Origin: Polyangiaceae bacterium
Lineage (GTDB): Bacteria > Myxococcota_A > Polyangia > Polyangiales > Polyangiaceae
NCBI GenBank assembly: GCA_965222375.1
Contig: CBDCTZ010000013.1
Location: 96,001-160,000 of the forward strand
Reading direction: 5' to 3'
DNA length: 64,000 bases
A program made the translations under genes and the position numbers. Shown here in pieces: positions 49,946-59,923 of the stretch. The first letter of the stretch is position 1, and each line of letters begins with the position of its first letter. The notes beneath the pieces were generated by a model, which saw nothing but the letters and a program-made list of their open reading frames with translations, had not been told where the DNA came from and searched no databases.

Positions 49946-51667
49946 TCAGCCTCGGCGTCGGCGCAGCATGCCCAGCGCAGCGAAAGCCAGGAGTGACAAG
50001 CTGGAAGCCGGCGCAGGCGCGCCCACGACGCGGCAACCACAGCTGGACTTCTTTTCCGCCGGGGCATCGCCGCCTTCGCCAACGCCACCGTCAGGCTCGG
50101 CAACGATGCCAGCGAGGCCCAGGCTCGGAACCGGCGTCTTCACGATCTTCGAGGGCTTGATCTGCTTGCGGTTCTTGCGCGCCAAATCCGTGGCGACCCA
50201 GATCTTGCGCAAGCCGCGGTAGGTGCGGGGGGGCTTGCCCCAGCGATGCCGCTCCGGCCTCTCGCACTTCATCATGCCCTTCCACGGGTGGAAGTGGTTG
50301 TAGCGGGTCTGCAGCTTGTTGGCCTTGGCGGGAACGACTTTGGTGGATATCTCGTGATCCACGCCCTTGGGGATCCCGGCGCCGCCCGTGACGGGTGGTG
50401 CGGGAGCCAACACGAAGTCCTCAGGCAAGTTGGACTTGTCGTAACGGTGATGCAGGCGAGTCAGGATGTACTTGTTGCGCGCGATGATGGCTTTCTTCTT
50501 GGCGACCATCTTGCGCTCTTCCTCGAAGGTCTTTTCGTATTCCCTCTTCTCTTTGCCTTTCAACTCCTTCTGGCGAGCCTTGTGCGCGTTCTCCTGGGCC
50601 TCGGTCAGTTCCGGCGGCTCCGGGTCCCGCTCTTCCTCGGGCACCCACTGTTCGAAAACGTCGCCGCCCAGACTGATCAGCTCGTGGGGCAGTAGGCGCT
50701 CGTTCTGACAAGGCTGCCCGCAACCGGCTGTGTGCCATGCGTACTCAGCCAGTACGCCCTTCGGATTCTTGGCCAAGGAGAGGTCGTGCATCCCGGCGTA
50801 GAGTTCGCCCATGCGCTCCTTTGCCTTGAACTCCACGTTGAGGTTGGTCGGGGCGAAGATGGTGTCGTAGTTCTTCACTTCGAAACGCGAAGTCGGGTGA
50901 AAAACATAGACAAAGAGCTCTTGCCTGCCGTCGCCGCTGAGCAGCCCGAGTTTGACGGGCAGCGTCGTGACCGGCTTCTCGGACCAGAAGCGGATCGGGG
51001 AGAGAATCGCGAAGTCGCCGCCGGCAAGCTCGATGCGCTTGGAGTCCACTTCAGCGACCAGGATCTTCATGCCCTTGTCGACGTAGGGGCGAATCGCAGC
51101 AGCTGCGCCTTTGGGAGCGGTGTAACCCTTGCCAGAAAGGTAACCGACGACGTCCTTGCTCTCCTCCTCTGAAAGCAGTGCAAACGAGTACTCGCCCTCT
51201 TTGAAGTCGGCATCGGTTTGAATGAACAGCTCTTTGGCGACCTTCTTGGTCGGGTCGCCAATCTTGGGTCCTCCCAAAAAGTCGGTGGAAGCGCTGGCCT
51301 TCATGCTCTGTTCCCAATACTGCACCGGCTTGCCGGGATCGCAGGGGTCCCACTCCCAAAACTCGTGGAAGCGCGGTGCAGTCAGACTCTCGACGCGATC
51401 GACGAACTCGCGTTTGAGGGTTTTCACGCGTTCGAGTTCGACGTCGGCGGGCACCGCCAACACCAAAGCGAAGGGCGTCAGCGGCCCGGAGTACTCGGGC
51501 ATGACGGTCACGACGCTCGCTTCGCCACGGCGCATGACCACGATGTGGCTCGACGGTGCGGTGCGCTTGTCAGCACCCTTTCCTGCGTAAAAGCCGGGCA
51601 GCGACTGGGCAGGGGTCGCCACAATCAGGAGCCCGACGATGAAGAGCGCGGACAGTACTCGCTTCAT
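49946..51667 (-). CDS. DUF2330-like exported protein with MYXO-CTERM-like tail
   Basis: GFYA, TAPRFHEFWEWDPC, LAEYAW, LTRLHHRY; tail CGCRVVG..GMLRRRRG. Confidence 0.8.
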   Translation of the reverse strand: MKRVLSALFIVGLLIVATPAQSLPGFYAGKGADKRTAPSSHIVVMRRGEASVVTVMPEYSGPLTPFALVLAVPADVELERVKTLKREFVDRVESLTAPRFHEFWEWDPCDPGKPVQYWEQSMKASASTDFLGGPKIGDPTKKVAKELFIQTDADFKEGEYSFALLSEEESKDVVGYLSGKGYTAPKGAAAAIRPYVDKGMKILVAEVDSKRIELAGGDFAILSPIRFWSEKPVTTLPVKLGLLSGDGRQELFVYVFHPTSRFEVKNYDTIFAPTNLNVEFKAKERMGELYAGMHDLSLAKNPKGVLAEYAWHTAGCGQPCQNERLLPHELISLGGDVFEQWVPEEERDPEPPELTEAQENAHKARQKELKGKEKREYEKTFEEERKMVAKKKAIIARNKYILTRLHHRYDKSNLPEDFVLAPAPPVTGGAGIPKGVDHEISTKVVPAKANKLQTRYNHFHPWKGMMKCERPERHRWGKPPRTYRGLRKIWVATDLARKNRKQIKPSKIVKTPVPSLGLAGIVAEPDGGVGEGGDAPAEKKSSCGCRVVGAPAPASSLSLLAFAALGMLRRRRG

Positions 51668-51800
51668 GGTCGCGAGAGGCTAGAACAAATCCCGAGCCCA
51701 GTCATTCTGCAGCCACGACAAAAGTCAGCGCCAGCGCACGCCCAGCCGCTGACCGCAGGCATAGACCGGCGACCCCGAGAGATCGTAGCCTCCGGGAGCG

Positions 51801-52940
51801 ATGGACTTCGAGCTGAGCGAAAGCCAAAAACTGATCCAACAAACTGCTCGGGACTTCGCGTCTCGGCAGATCGAACCGATCGCAGCTGAGCAGGAGCGCA
51901 AGGAACAGTTTCCCTTGGAGAGTCTCAAAGGCCTCGCCGAGCTCGGACTGCTGGGCGTGAACATCCAGGAGCGCTACGGAGGCGCGGAAGCTGGCGTCGT
52001 CGCCTACTCTCTGGCCATGGCCGAAGTCTCACGAGCCTGCGCCAGCACCGGGGTCTCCATGGCCGTGACCAACATGGTCGCAGAGGTCATTCAGCGCTTT
52101 GGCTCAGAAGGCCAGCGACAAGCCCATCTACCCAAGATCACCAGTGGTGAGCACGTGACAGGCGCCTTTGCGCTGAGCGAACCCGCTGCCGGCAGTGACC
52201 CCGGAGCGATCACCACGACCGCCAAGCGCGACGGAGACGGCTGGGTGCTCAACGGTCAAAAGCAGTGGATCACCAACGGTGCCTATTCTGGCGTCATGGT
52301 CGTATGGGCGCGCACGAGCGGCACCGGCCCAAAAGGGATCTCCTGTTTCTTGGTGGAAGGCTCTGCGCCGGGCCTGGTCATCGGCAAGGCCGAGGACAAG
52401 CTAGGGATCCGCGCCTCGAACACGGTTCCCCTCACCTTCGAGGACTGTCGGCTTCCGGCGAAGGCTTTGCTCGGGGAGGAAGGCATGGGGTTTCGCATCG
52501 CGATGATGGCTCTCGATGGAGGTCGCATCGGGATCGCTTCTCAGGCCATTGGCATCGCAGACGCGGCGCTGGCTGCCTCGGTGGCTTACGCCAAAGATCG
52601 CACAGCCTTCGGCAAGCAGATCGCCAACTTCCAGGCGATTCAATGGATGCTTGCAGACAGCCAGACGGAGATCCACGCGGCTCGGCTGCTGACCCTGCGC
52701 GCGGCGCAGCTCAAAGAAGAAGACAAGCCCTTCACCCGTGAGGCTTCCATGGCCAAGCTCTTCGCCAGCGAAGCCGCCAACCGGATCTGCAACCGCGCCA
52801 TGCAGGTGCACGGCGGCTACGGCTACATTCGTGAATACCCGGTCGAGCGCTATCTGCGGGACGTGCGCATCACGACCATCTACGAGGGCACCAGCGAGAT
52901 CCAACGCCTAGTCATCGCCCGGGACTTGCTGCGATCGTGA
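51801..52940 (+). CDS. Acyl-CoA dehydrogenase
   Basis: FALSEPAAGSD, LNGQKQWITNG, GRIGIA, QVHGGYGY, IYEGTSEIQR. Confidence 0.95.
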   Translation: MDFELSESQKLIQQTARDFASRQIEPIAAEQERKEQFPLESLKGLAELGLLGVNIQERYGGAEAGVVAYSLAMAEVSRACASTGVSMAVTNMVAEVIQRFGSEGQRQAHLPKITSGEHVTGAFALSEPAAGSDPGAITTTAKRDGDGWVLNGQKQWITNGAYSGVMVVWARTSGTGPKGISCFLVEGSAPGLVIGKAEDKLGIRASNTVPLTFEDCRLPAKALLGEEGMGFRIAMMALDGGRIGIASQAIGIADAALAASVAYAKDRTAFGKQIANFQAIQWMLADSQTEIHAARLLTLRAAQLKEEDKPFTREASMAKLFASEAANRICNRAMQVHGGYGYIREYPVERYLRDVRITTIYEGTSEIQRLVIARDLLRS

Positions 52941-53527
52941 GACTCATCGACGTCGAGGCAGTTCGCGCCGCCCTAGCTCGATCCGAACGTGTCGACCCTG
53001 CGCCGCGCACACCTGGGCGCCACGCCGCGGTTGCGTCCATCTTGCGCGACAGCCCACGCGGCGCCGAGGTCTTGCTGATTCGGCGCGCCGAGCACCCCGA
53101 CGACCCGTGGTCTGGGCACATGGCGTTTCCGGGCGGCCGCCATGACGCCGAAGACGAAGACCTGCTGTTCACGGCGCGGCGCGAGACCCTGGAAGAAGTC
53201 GGCCTGGACCTGGACGCCCATGGCACGCTGGTGGGCCGCCTGGAAGACACCCCAGCCCTCGCACGGGGCAAGCGTCTGGGCCTGACCATTGCGCCTTTCG
53301 TCTTCGAGCTGCACACGTCGGGACCCCTTCAGCCCAATCATGAAGTCGAGGAGATAATCTGGGTACCCCTCACGCCCCTGACCACCTCGGAGTACGACTC
53401 GACGAAGCACTATCATTACGAGGGACAGGACCTGCAGCTGCCCGCATGGGATGTGGACGGTCGCATCGTATGGGGACTGACCCACCGAATGCTCAGCGCG
53501 CTGCTCGAACAGCTCGAACGGGCCTGA
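52937..53527 (+). CDS. Nudix CoA pyrophosphatase
   Basis: WSGHMAFPGG..TARRETLEEVGL, IVWGLT; GTGA overlap. Confidence 0.9.
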   Translation: MRLIDVEAVRAALARSERVDPAPRTPGRHAAVASILRDSPRGAEVLLIRRAEHPDDPWSGHMAFPGGRHDAEDEDLLFTARRETLEEVGLDLDAHGTLVGRLEDTPALARGKRLGLTIAPFVFELHTSGPLQPNHEVEEIIWVPLTPLTTSEYDSTKHYHYEGQDLQLPAWDVDGRIVWGLTHRMLSALLEQLERA

Positions 53528-53530
53528 GCC

Positions 53531-55120
53531 TCAGGTTTCGTCAACCTGGGGATCGCAGGCCTGAGTGAAGTCGCAGTTCCCCCCGCCCTTGGCGGTCACT
53601 GTCAGTGTGTACTCGGCACAAGTGCCTGCGACGCCAATCGCGCGCTTCACGCGCACGTAGTAGCGTTTGGTGTGGGGTCCGCAGTGCACGGGCTTGGTTG
53701 CGCCGCACACCTTCTCACCCAGCGGCTTGCCGCCAATCTGGCCCCCGTCACCATCGACGCACCAGGTGTAGGACGTCAAATCCGAGTGCTTGGAGTCCGG
53801 CACCTTGCAGGGCCCGCCTCGCAACACATCGAAGACGAACTCGGAGCTGTTCGCCGGCGCGGTGAACTTCATGCTGACGTGATACGAGTTCGTCGTCTTT
53901 TCGTTGAAGTCCTTCGCCTCGAAGGTGAACCAGTCTTGGTCGTTGTCCCCAGAGAGTTTTCCCTTGATCGCCAGTGCCGTCGTATTCGCATCCGTAACCG
54001 AGCCGACATCCTTCGCCTTGGAGCAAGTGTTGTCCGGCTCCGCCGAATCGATTTCGCAGGGGCAACCCGCGGACGGTGGCAAATTGGTGGGGTAGTTGAC
54101 CCAACCCGAGTCGCAGCTCTCCAGCTCGCATTGGCCAAAGTTGCATGCCCAGGTAGCATGCACTGGGTTGCCCTGGCTGGCGCACAGCGCCTGGGCATCG
54201 CCGTCGTCAGCAGTTCCGTTGCAATCGTTGTCAGCGCCATCGCAGACTTCTGGCTGCGGGCTACCTGCGGTGCAGCCTTCCCACTTCGTCGTCGTGCCGT
54301 TGCAGGCCTCGGTGCCCTCACATACCGTCGACCCCGAGGTCTGCGAACACTTCCGCTTGATGCCCGTGCGCTCGGCGTTGCAGGGGCAAGATTCGCCGTT
54401 CTTGGGCACGCAGAACTTGGCGGGCTTGGTCGGTGGCCCCGCCTCACCCTGGCCCGAGTCCGGGAAGCCGCCATCTGCGGAGCCGCCGCCGACGCCGACG
54501 CCGGGGTAGCTTCCAGTCGCAACGCAGTCCATGCCCGCGGGGCAGACGTCATCGAAGGAGCAATCCCGAGCACAAAAACGATCCACATTGGGTGAAGGCG
54601 TACAGCGATCCGCCACGTTGGCGCACTCCGCGCTCGTGATACAGGGATCACACTGGTTGCCGTTTTCGGGGACGCAGACGTAACCCGCATCCGGGTGGAA
54701 GGCGCAGTAGCCACCCGTGGGGCACGCCGTGCCGGGCGTCTTGCAGGGCACGGTGCAAACCAAGTTCGGTTTCGCCTGCCCCACATTGACGCAGAGCTTC
54801 GATTCGCAGTGCTCATTCTTCTGGCATGCGCCGCCGAACTTCCCGATCGGCCAACCGCTGTCACCAGTGCCGATGCCCCCGATGCCGCCACCACCCTCCA
54901 CGCTGGCGTCGGCACCGCCACTACCACCGTTGTCGTCGTCGATGCCCGCATCTGTGGCGCACGCTCCGCCCAGAGCAAGCGGCACGAGGGCAGCAAAAAG
55001 CACAAGAGCCGGTCGCGCGAACAACTCGGTGAGGATACGCTCGCAGAGCCAGCTGGTCAAACACGCCAATCGGAGATCGACAATGAATTCATGGACTTGG
55101 GCCCGCGTCGTCGGGGACAC
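53531..55120 (-). CDS. Cys-rich lipoprotein with EVCDGADNDCNG putative metal-binding motif
   Basis: Lipobox GGAC; many Cys clusters; DQDWF PPC-like segment; true start likely near 55030. Confidence 0.78.
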   Translation of the reverse strand: MSPTTRAQVHEFIVDLRLACLTSWLCERILTELFARPALVLFAALVPLALGGACATDAGIDDDNGGSGGADASVEGGGGIGGIGTGDSGWPIGKFGGACQKNEHCESKLCVNVGQAKPNLVCTVPCKTPGTACPTGGYCAFHPDAGYVCVPENGNQCDPCITSAECANVADRCTPSPNVDRFCARDCSFDDVCPAGMDCVATGSYPGVGVGGGSADGGFPDSGQGEAGPPTKPAKFCVPKNGESCPCNAERTGIKRKCSQTSGSTVCEGTEACNGTTTKWEGCTAGSPQPEVCDGADNDCNGTADDGDAQALCASQGNPVHATWACNFGQCELESCDSGWVNYPTNLPPSAGCPCEIDSAEPDNTCSKAKDVGSVTDANTTALAIKGKLSGDNDQDWFTFEAKDFNEKTTNSYHVSMKFTAPANSSEFVFDVLRGGPCKVPDSKHSDLTSYTWCVDGDGGQIGGKPLGEKVCGATKPVHCGPHTKRYYVRVKRAIGVAGTCAEYTLTVTAKGGGNCDFTQACDPQVDET

Positions 55121-55180
55121 TTTTTCGCTACGGGCCCGCTTCGGGTGACGTCTCGACAGCGGCGCGCTAAACGAGCCCGC

Positions 55181-55942
55181 GTGGGAAGCGCACGAAAGCT
55201 CGGCAAACTCCCCTCAGACGGCAAGTGCAGCGTCTGCGGCGAAACGATCTCGGAAGCGACCGACCGGTGTGAGGGATGCGGCACCGTTTATGGCGAAGTG
55301 CATCGCTGCCCGCATTGCAGAAGCATCGCCGATGTCGAAGCATCGGACGCGCTACGCTTTCGCTGCAAGGTTTGTGGGGGCCCCCGCGTGGTGGTCGATG
55401 ACCCGAGCATCGAGCGTGAGTTCGGAGAGAACTCCGCCCTGAAGTTAGCACGAAAGGCCCATACCCGACGCACAGCCTGGCAGATGGGAAGTGCGGTCGT
55501 GACTGGTTTTGGCGTGATCGCCCTGCTGGTGGCGCTCGCAACCCTCGCGGTGGTATCGCCGGGGCTCGGGCTCACGATCCTGACCCTGCTCATGGTCGCG
55601 GCGCCCTTCGTGTTCGCGACGGTCGGGTTCCGAAAAGCCAAGAGTGCGACCAAAGAGCGCGACACCGCGATCGATCGAGCCTGGACCAGCGTCGCGAAAG
55701 AGATTGCAGCAGCAAAACCGGATCTAGACGCCAAGCAGCTGTCCAAGTTGACGCGCATCGATGAGGCTCATGCGGAGCTCGTTCTGGCCCAGCTCAGCGT
55801 CGACGACTTCGTGCGCGCTCGCGTCGAAGCTCCGCCCGAGCGACAGCGTGTGGCCGACGACGCGTCCGCGGCCGAAATCGAAGGGGCCGAGGAGCAAGAA
55901 GCCGAAGCGCACATGACGGCGAAGGTGGGCGCGGACCCCTAA
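55181..55942 (+). CDS. Zinc-ribbon membrane protein (4 CxxC, 2 TM)
   Basis: CSVC, CEGC, CPHC, CKVC then two hydrophobic helices. Confidence 0.7.
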   Translation: MGSARKLGKLPSDGKCSVCGETISEATDRCEGCGTVYGEVHRCPHCRSIADVEASDALRFRCKVCGGPRVVVDDPSIEREFGENSALKLARKAHTRRTAWQMGSAVVTGFGVIALLVALATLAVVSPGLGLTILTLLMVAAPFVFATVGFRKAKSATKERDTAIDRAWTSVAKEIAAAKPDLDAKQLSKLTRIDEAHAELVLAQLSVDDFVRARVEAPPERQRVADDASAAEIEGAEEQEAEAHMTAKVGADP

Positions 55943-56058
55943 AACTGACGTCGCGTCAGCGCGAAGCAAAGTACCCACTGCGAACGCTAGTTCTCACCAG
56001 AAAAGCCTAGAGGTTACGCTTACTTGCTCAAAACCCGTCAAATGCGCAGGAGCGTGCC

Positions 56059-56074
56059 TGGCATGGCTCTCGCA
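56059..56074 (+). promoter_or_regulatory. Candidate sigma54 -24/-12 promoter
   Basis: TGGCATG-GCTC-TCGCA versus consensus TGGCACG-N4-TTGCW; exact GG-N10-GC spacing. Confidence 0.5.
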
Positions 56075-56126
56075 GCGATCTTTTCTAAGCGCTCTTCGCG
56101 CGCTAAGCCTCCCCCCAACACCGCGC

Positions 56127-57128
56127 ATGTCCATCGATCACCGAGTCTACTTGCCGCAGCCTAGCGAAGCCGGGCGATTGGGCGGCATCCGCAGGCATCT
56201 GCGCGAACTCGCAGTGCATGACTGGATGGTGTTCATCTTTCTGTGCTTGCTGCTCGGCGCAGCGGTGTCTGCAGTTCCGGGGGAGATGCGCGACAAGGCG
56301 ATTCGCCAGATGGGTGCGTTGCTCACATTCCTCGTCGCCACGCTCGTGGTCGTGCGCGGCGGTCTGCTCAAGCACCGCTTCTGGGCGCCGCTGTTCTATC
56401 GCTTGGCGATCTACGGCACCGTTCAGCTCAGCTATTTCTTCCTGACGGGCCTGTTGCCGATCGTAAACACATCGACCCTGGACGTCGAGCTCTACGAGTT
56501 GGACATGGCGCTATTCGGCGTGGAGCCAGCCATGGCGATGGACAGCTGGGTCAACAGCATCACGACCGAGTGGTTCGCCTTCTTCTACTTCAGCTACTTC
56601 TTCCTGCTCGCGCTGCACGTGATCCCGATCTTGCTGTTCTCGCGCAGCCGGCGCCTGCTCGCGGAGTTTGCCTTCGGCATGCTCACGGTGTTCTGCGTCG
56701 GGCACATCGTCTACATGCTCGTCCCGGGTTATGGGCCCTACAAGGCCATGGCCGACCACTTCGAAAACGCCTTCCCGAGCGGCTTGTGGCTCGACATGGT
56801 GCTCAAGACGGTGGAGTCCGGTGGGGCCCAGATGGACATCTTCCCATCCCTGCACACTGCCTGCCCCACGTTTCTGGCGCTGTTCTCGTACCGGCATCGC
56901 CACCGCCTGCCGTTCCGTTATAGCTGGCCCATCGTGACACTGTTCGCCGCGAACATCATCATCGCGACGATGTTCCTGCGCTGGCACTATCTCATCGACG
57001 TAGTCGCGGGGCTGGCGCTGGCATCTTTCGCCTACATGGCAGCAGTTCGCGTCACCACCTGGGAAGCCAAGCGCCGCGAGAAACTCGGTACCCACGGCTG
57101 GCCCCTCTTCGGCGAATCGGCCCGCTAG
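56127..57128 (+). CDS. PAP2-superfamily membrane phosphotransferase, Aur1/Ipt1-like
   Basis: YFSYF, YMLVPGYGP, FPSLH, HYLIDVVAG. Confidence 0.85.
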   Translation: MSIDHRVYLPQPSEAGRLGGIRRHLRELAVHDWMVFIFLCLLLGAAVSAVPGEMRDKAIRQMGALLTFLVATLVVVRGGLLKHRFWAPLFYRLAIYGTVQLSYFFLTGLLPIVNTSTLDVELYELDMALFGVEPAMAMDSWVNSITTEWFAFFYFSYFFLLALHVIPILLFSRSRRLLAEFAFGMLTVFCVGHIVYMLVPGYGPYKAMADHFENAFPSGLWLDMVLKTVESGGAQMDIFPSLHTACPTFLALFSYRHRHRLPFRYSWPIVTLFAANIIIATMFLRWHYLIDVVAGLALASFAYMAAVRVTTWEAKRREKLGTHGWPLFGESAR

Positions 57129-57232
57129 GCATCCGCCCCGGTCAAGGCGAGAGAGGCCTCGCTCGACTGGAGCGAATCGGCCCGCTAGGCACCCGCTCCC
57201 GTCAAGGCGAGGGAGGCCTCGCTCTCGACTGG
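57112..57232. repeat. 60-bp-period tandem duplication over the PAP2 gene stop codon
   Basis: GCGAATCGGCCCGCTAGGCA..GTCAAGGCGAG.GAGGCCTCGCT..CGACTGG at 57112 and 57172. Confidence 0.9.
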
Positions 57233-57418
57233 GTTTGTTTGGGGGTCGCGGCCTTGGGCCGGCGGCTGAGCACTCCTCTCGTTCAGGGTCGCGGGGTGCG
57301 CCGGGGCGCCGCAGCTCGAGATTAGGGCACCAAGGCCGAGCAGTGCTCGACCCAACCCAACTCCAAACGTAGACGCGGTGCCGTCAGCACTTGGGGTTCG
57401 GGCTCTTTGCAAAGGGGC

Positions 57419-58588
57419 TCAGGCGCCGCCAGCGCAGAAGCCTTCGTAGTCGATGTACTCCTTGATCGTCGGGTTATCGCCACAGGCGGGACACGCTTTG
57501 TCTTTGCGCAAGCGCAGCGTACGGAAGTTCATCCGCAGTGAGTCGTAGGTCAAGAGGCGTCCGACCAGGGGATCCCCCTGGCCCAGGATGAGCTTGATCG
57601 CCTCGGTGGCCTGCAGGGTCCCGACGATTCCGGGCAAGATCCCCAGCACGCCGGCCTCGGCACAGCTGGGCGCGTGCTCTGGGGGAGGCGGCTCCGGGTA
57701 CAAGCAGCGATAGCAGGGACCTTCGAAGGGCATGAAGGTGGTCACCTGACCATCAAAGCGGAAGATGGAGCCGTGTACGACCGGGATCTTGTGGAACAAG
57801 CTGGCGTCGTTGACCAGGTAGCGCGTTGGGAAGTTGTCGCAACCGTCGACGATGGCGTCCCAGCCTTCGCCAAAGATCTTGTCAACGTTTTCGCTGAGCA
57901 GCCGCTCTTGGAATTTCTTGACCTTGACGTCTGGGTTGAGGTCCTTGAGGGCAACCTCCGCACTGTCGACCTTCGCGGTTCCCAAGCGTGAAGTGGAATG
58001 CAGAATTTGGCGCTGCAGATTCGAGGCGTCGACCACGTCCGCGTCCACCAATCCCAGGGTGCCTACACCGGCTGCGGCGAGGTAGAGCGCAGCGGGTGAG
58101 CCCAGACCACCGGCGCCAAGCAACAGCACGCGACCGTTGAGGAGCTTCTGCTGCCCCTTCTCACCCACCTCGGGCAAGAGGATGTGCCGCGAGTAGCGTT
58201 CCAGCTGCGCCTCGGAAAAGCGCGGCGGCACGTCCATGGGGTAGCTCATGTCTTTCCAGCGAACAAAGCCGGGATTCGCCGACAGCACGTTCTGGTAGCC
58301 GAGCTCGAGCAGAGTCTTCGCGGCGAACGCGCTGCGTGTCCCCCCGGCGCAGTACAGGACGATGGGCTCCTCCTTGTCGGGAAGCTTCTGCTCGGCCTGC
58401 ATCTCGAGGAAGCCGCGAGGGATGTGAATCGCGCCAGGGATGAAGCCCTGGCGAAACTCGTCCTTCTCCCGCACGTCTACGAGCTTCAGGGGCTCCTTCT
58501 TGTCCAGCCGCGCCTTCAACTCCTCCAGGGGGATGATCTTGATCGCGTGTTTGACCTCTGAAAACAGGTCGCTATAGGTCTTGGACAT
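57419..58588 (-). CDS. moeB: Rhodanese-ThiF/MoeB fusion (MoeZ-like adenylyltransferase/sulfurtransferase)
   Basis: N-terminal rhodanese CAGGTRS; RYSRH, GAGGLGS, SNLQRQ, DNFPTR, CYRC, SCAEAGVLG, CPAC. Confidence 0.92.
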   Translation of the reverse strand: MSKTYSDLFSEVKHAIKIIPLEELKARLDKKEPLKLVDVREKDEFRQGFIPGAIHIPRGFLEMQAEQKLPDKEEPIVLYCAGGTRSAFAAKTLLELGYQNVLSANPGFVRWKDMSYPMDVPPRFSEAQLERYSRHILLPEVGEKGQQKLLNGRVLLLGAGGLGSPAALYLAAAGVGTLGLVDADVVDASNLQRQILHSTSRLGTAKVDSAEVALKDLNPDVKVKKFQERLLSENVDKIFGEGWDAIVDGCDNFPTRYLVNDASLFHKIPVVHGSIFRFDGQVTTFMPFEGPCYRCLYPEPPPPEHAPSCAEAGVLGILPGIVGTLQATEAIKLILGQGDPLVGRLLTYDSLRMNFRTLRLRKDKACPACGDNPTIKEYIDYEGFCAGGA

Positions 58589-58693
58589 CAGGAACTCCTA
58601 TTTGTCGCATATTTCCGATGCAACAATCATCTGGGCCAATATTGGGGATTTTTTGGCCTCGTCAAGGCGAATAGCACGGCTTGGGCTCCACGC

Positions 58694-59923
58694 TCAGCCC
58701 TGGCGCAGCGCTGCCTCGAGCTGCCGCGCGGTTGCAGGGCGATCCTCCAGGGGGCCCAGGCAGCGAGCGCAGAGTCGCTCCAGACCAGAAGCAGCTCGCG
58801 AAGGCGACGCTTCGGTCTTCCCGAGGGCCACCAGGGCGTCTTCCATCAAGCGTCCGAGGGCGTACACATCGTCCGCTGGGGACAGGGGCCTGCCCGCGAG
58901 GCGCTCGGGGCTGAGGTACCCGCGACTGCCGGCTTCGACGCGCTCGCCAATGGGATGGGACAGACCGAAGTCGCTCAGCACGGGTGCATCTGCCGATCGG
59001 AACAGGACGTTGGCGGGTTTCAGATCACCGTGAACCCAACCTGCGTCGTGCACCCGCGCCAAGGCTTGGCTCAAGGGCAGAAGCCAGCGCTGCAAAGGCC
59101 ACAGGAACTCTCCGTCCGAGCGGAGCAACCAACGCTTGAGAGCGCCCGCTGGCAACCACTCCATCACGACGAGGCCGCGATCCGTGTCGATATCGAAAAC
59201 GCGGACGACACCTCGCCCGCGGAAAGCCACGGCAGTGCGCGCTTCCCGAATCAGCTTCTCTCGATCTCGTTCAGGCTCGTGATACACCTTCAATGCGACG
59301 CGTCGTGACAGCGCGTCGTCCACGGCTTCATACACCGTGCCCGCGCCGCCCCGGCCAGCTTCTCCAACCAAGCGGAACGACGTCTCCGGTGCCGACGCGG
59401 TCAGAAGCGTGGCATCCCGAGACTGAGAAGCCTCGGGGGCGCGCCCACCGCCCAGGGCGCGCTGAAAACGCGCGTGACGTTCCCGTGCGCCGGGCGCGTC
59501 GATGTTCTGGGCCAGCGCGCGCTCTACCAGGGTCAACGCCACCGCTAGCTCCCCACGCTCGGATTGCAGATCCGCGGCTAACAGCAACGCGGGGACGGAG
59601 CGGGGTCGGCTCAATAGCTCCAGAGCTCGGTCCATCTCTCCCCGCTTGACGCGGAGTTCGGCGGCCGCGACCGCCAAAGCCTCGGCAAGGGGCTGCGCCG
59701 AAGCCGCGCGGGCAATTGCCGCGAGGGCGTCACGCTCGTGGGAGGTGTTCTGCAGCGCGAAGAGCGCGCTCAAAGCGAGCTCCCAGTCTGCGTCGGGGCC
59801 GATGGACTCCAGTAGCTCGAGTTCCGCTGGCTTGGCTGGGCCGCGGTGGACCGAGCGAGGCTTGGGCGCGGGCGCAGGCGGGCGCTCGGGCGCCTTCTTT
59901 CTGAACCAATCAAAGAGGCTCAC
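58694..59923 (-). CDS. Soluble Ser/Thr kinase with N-terminal TPR-like helices
   Basis: GRGGAGTVY, VALK, HGDLKPAN, DFG, GYLSPE; GTGA overlap with the FHA gene. Confidence 0.85.
   Translation of the reverse strand: MSLFDWFRKKAPERPPAPAPKPRSVHRGPAKPAELELLESIGPDADWELALSALFALQNTSHERDALAAIARAASAQPLAEALAVAAAELRVKRGEMDRALELLSRPRSVPALLLAADLQSERGELAVALTLVERALAQNIDAPGARERHARFQRALGGGRAPEASQSRDATLLTASAPETSFRLVGEAGRGGAGTVYEAVDDALSRRVALKVYHEPERDREKLIREARTAVAFRGRGVVRVFDIDTDRGLVVMEWLPAGALKRWLLRSDGEFLWPLQRWLLPLSQALARVHDAGWVHGDLKPANVLFRSADAPVLSDFGLSHPIGERVEAGSRGYLSPERLAGRPLSPADDVYALGRLMEDALVALGKTEASPSRAASGLERLCARCLGPLEDRPATARQLEAALRQG

Noticed and set aside
58615..58650. Possible sigma54 promoter upstream of moeB (TGGCCCAGATGATTGTTGC, minus strand)
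   Set aside because: GG-to-GC spacing is not N10
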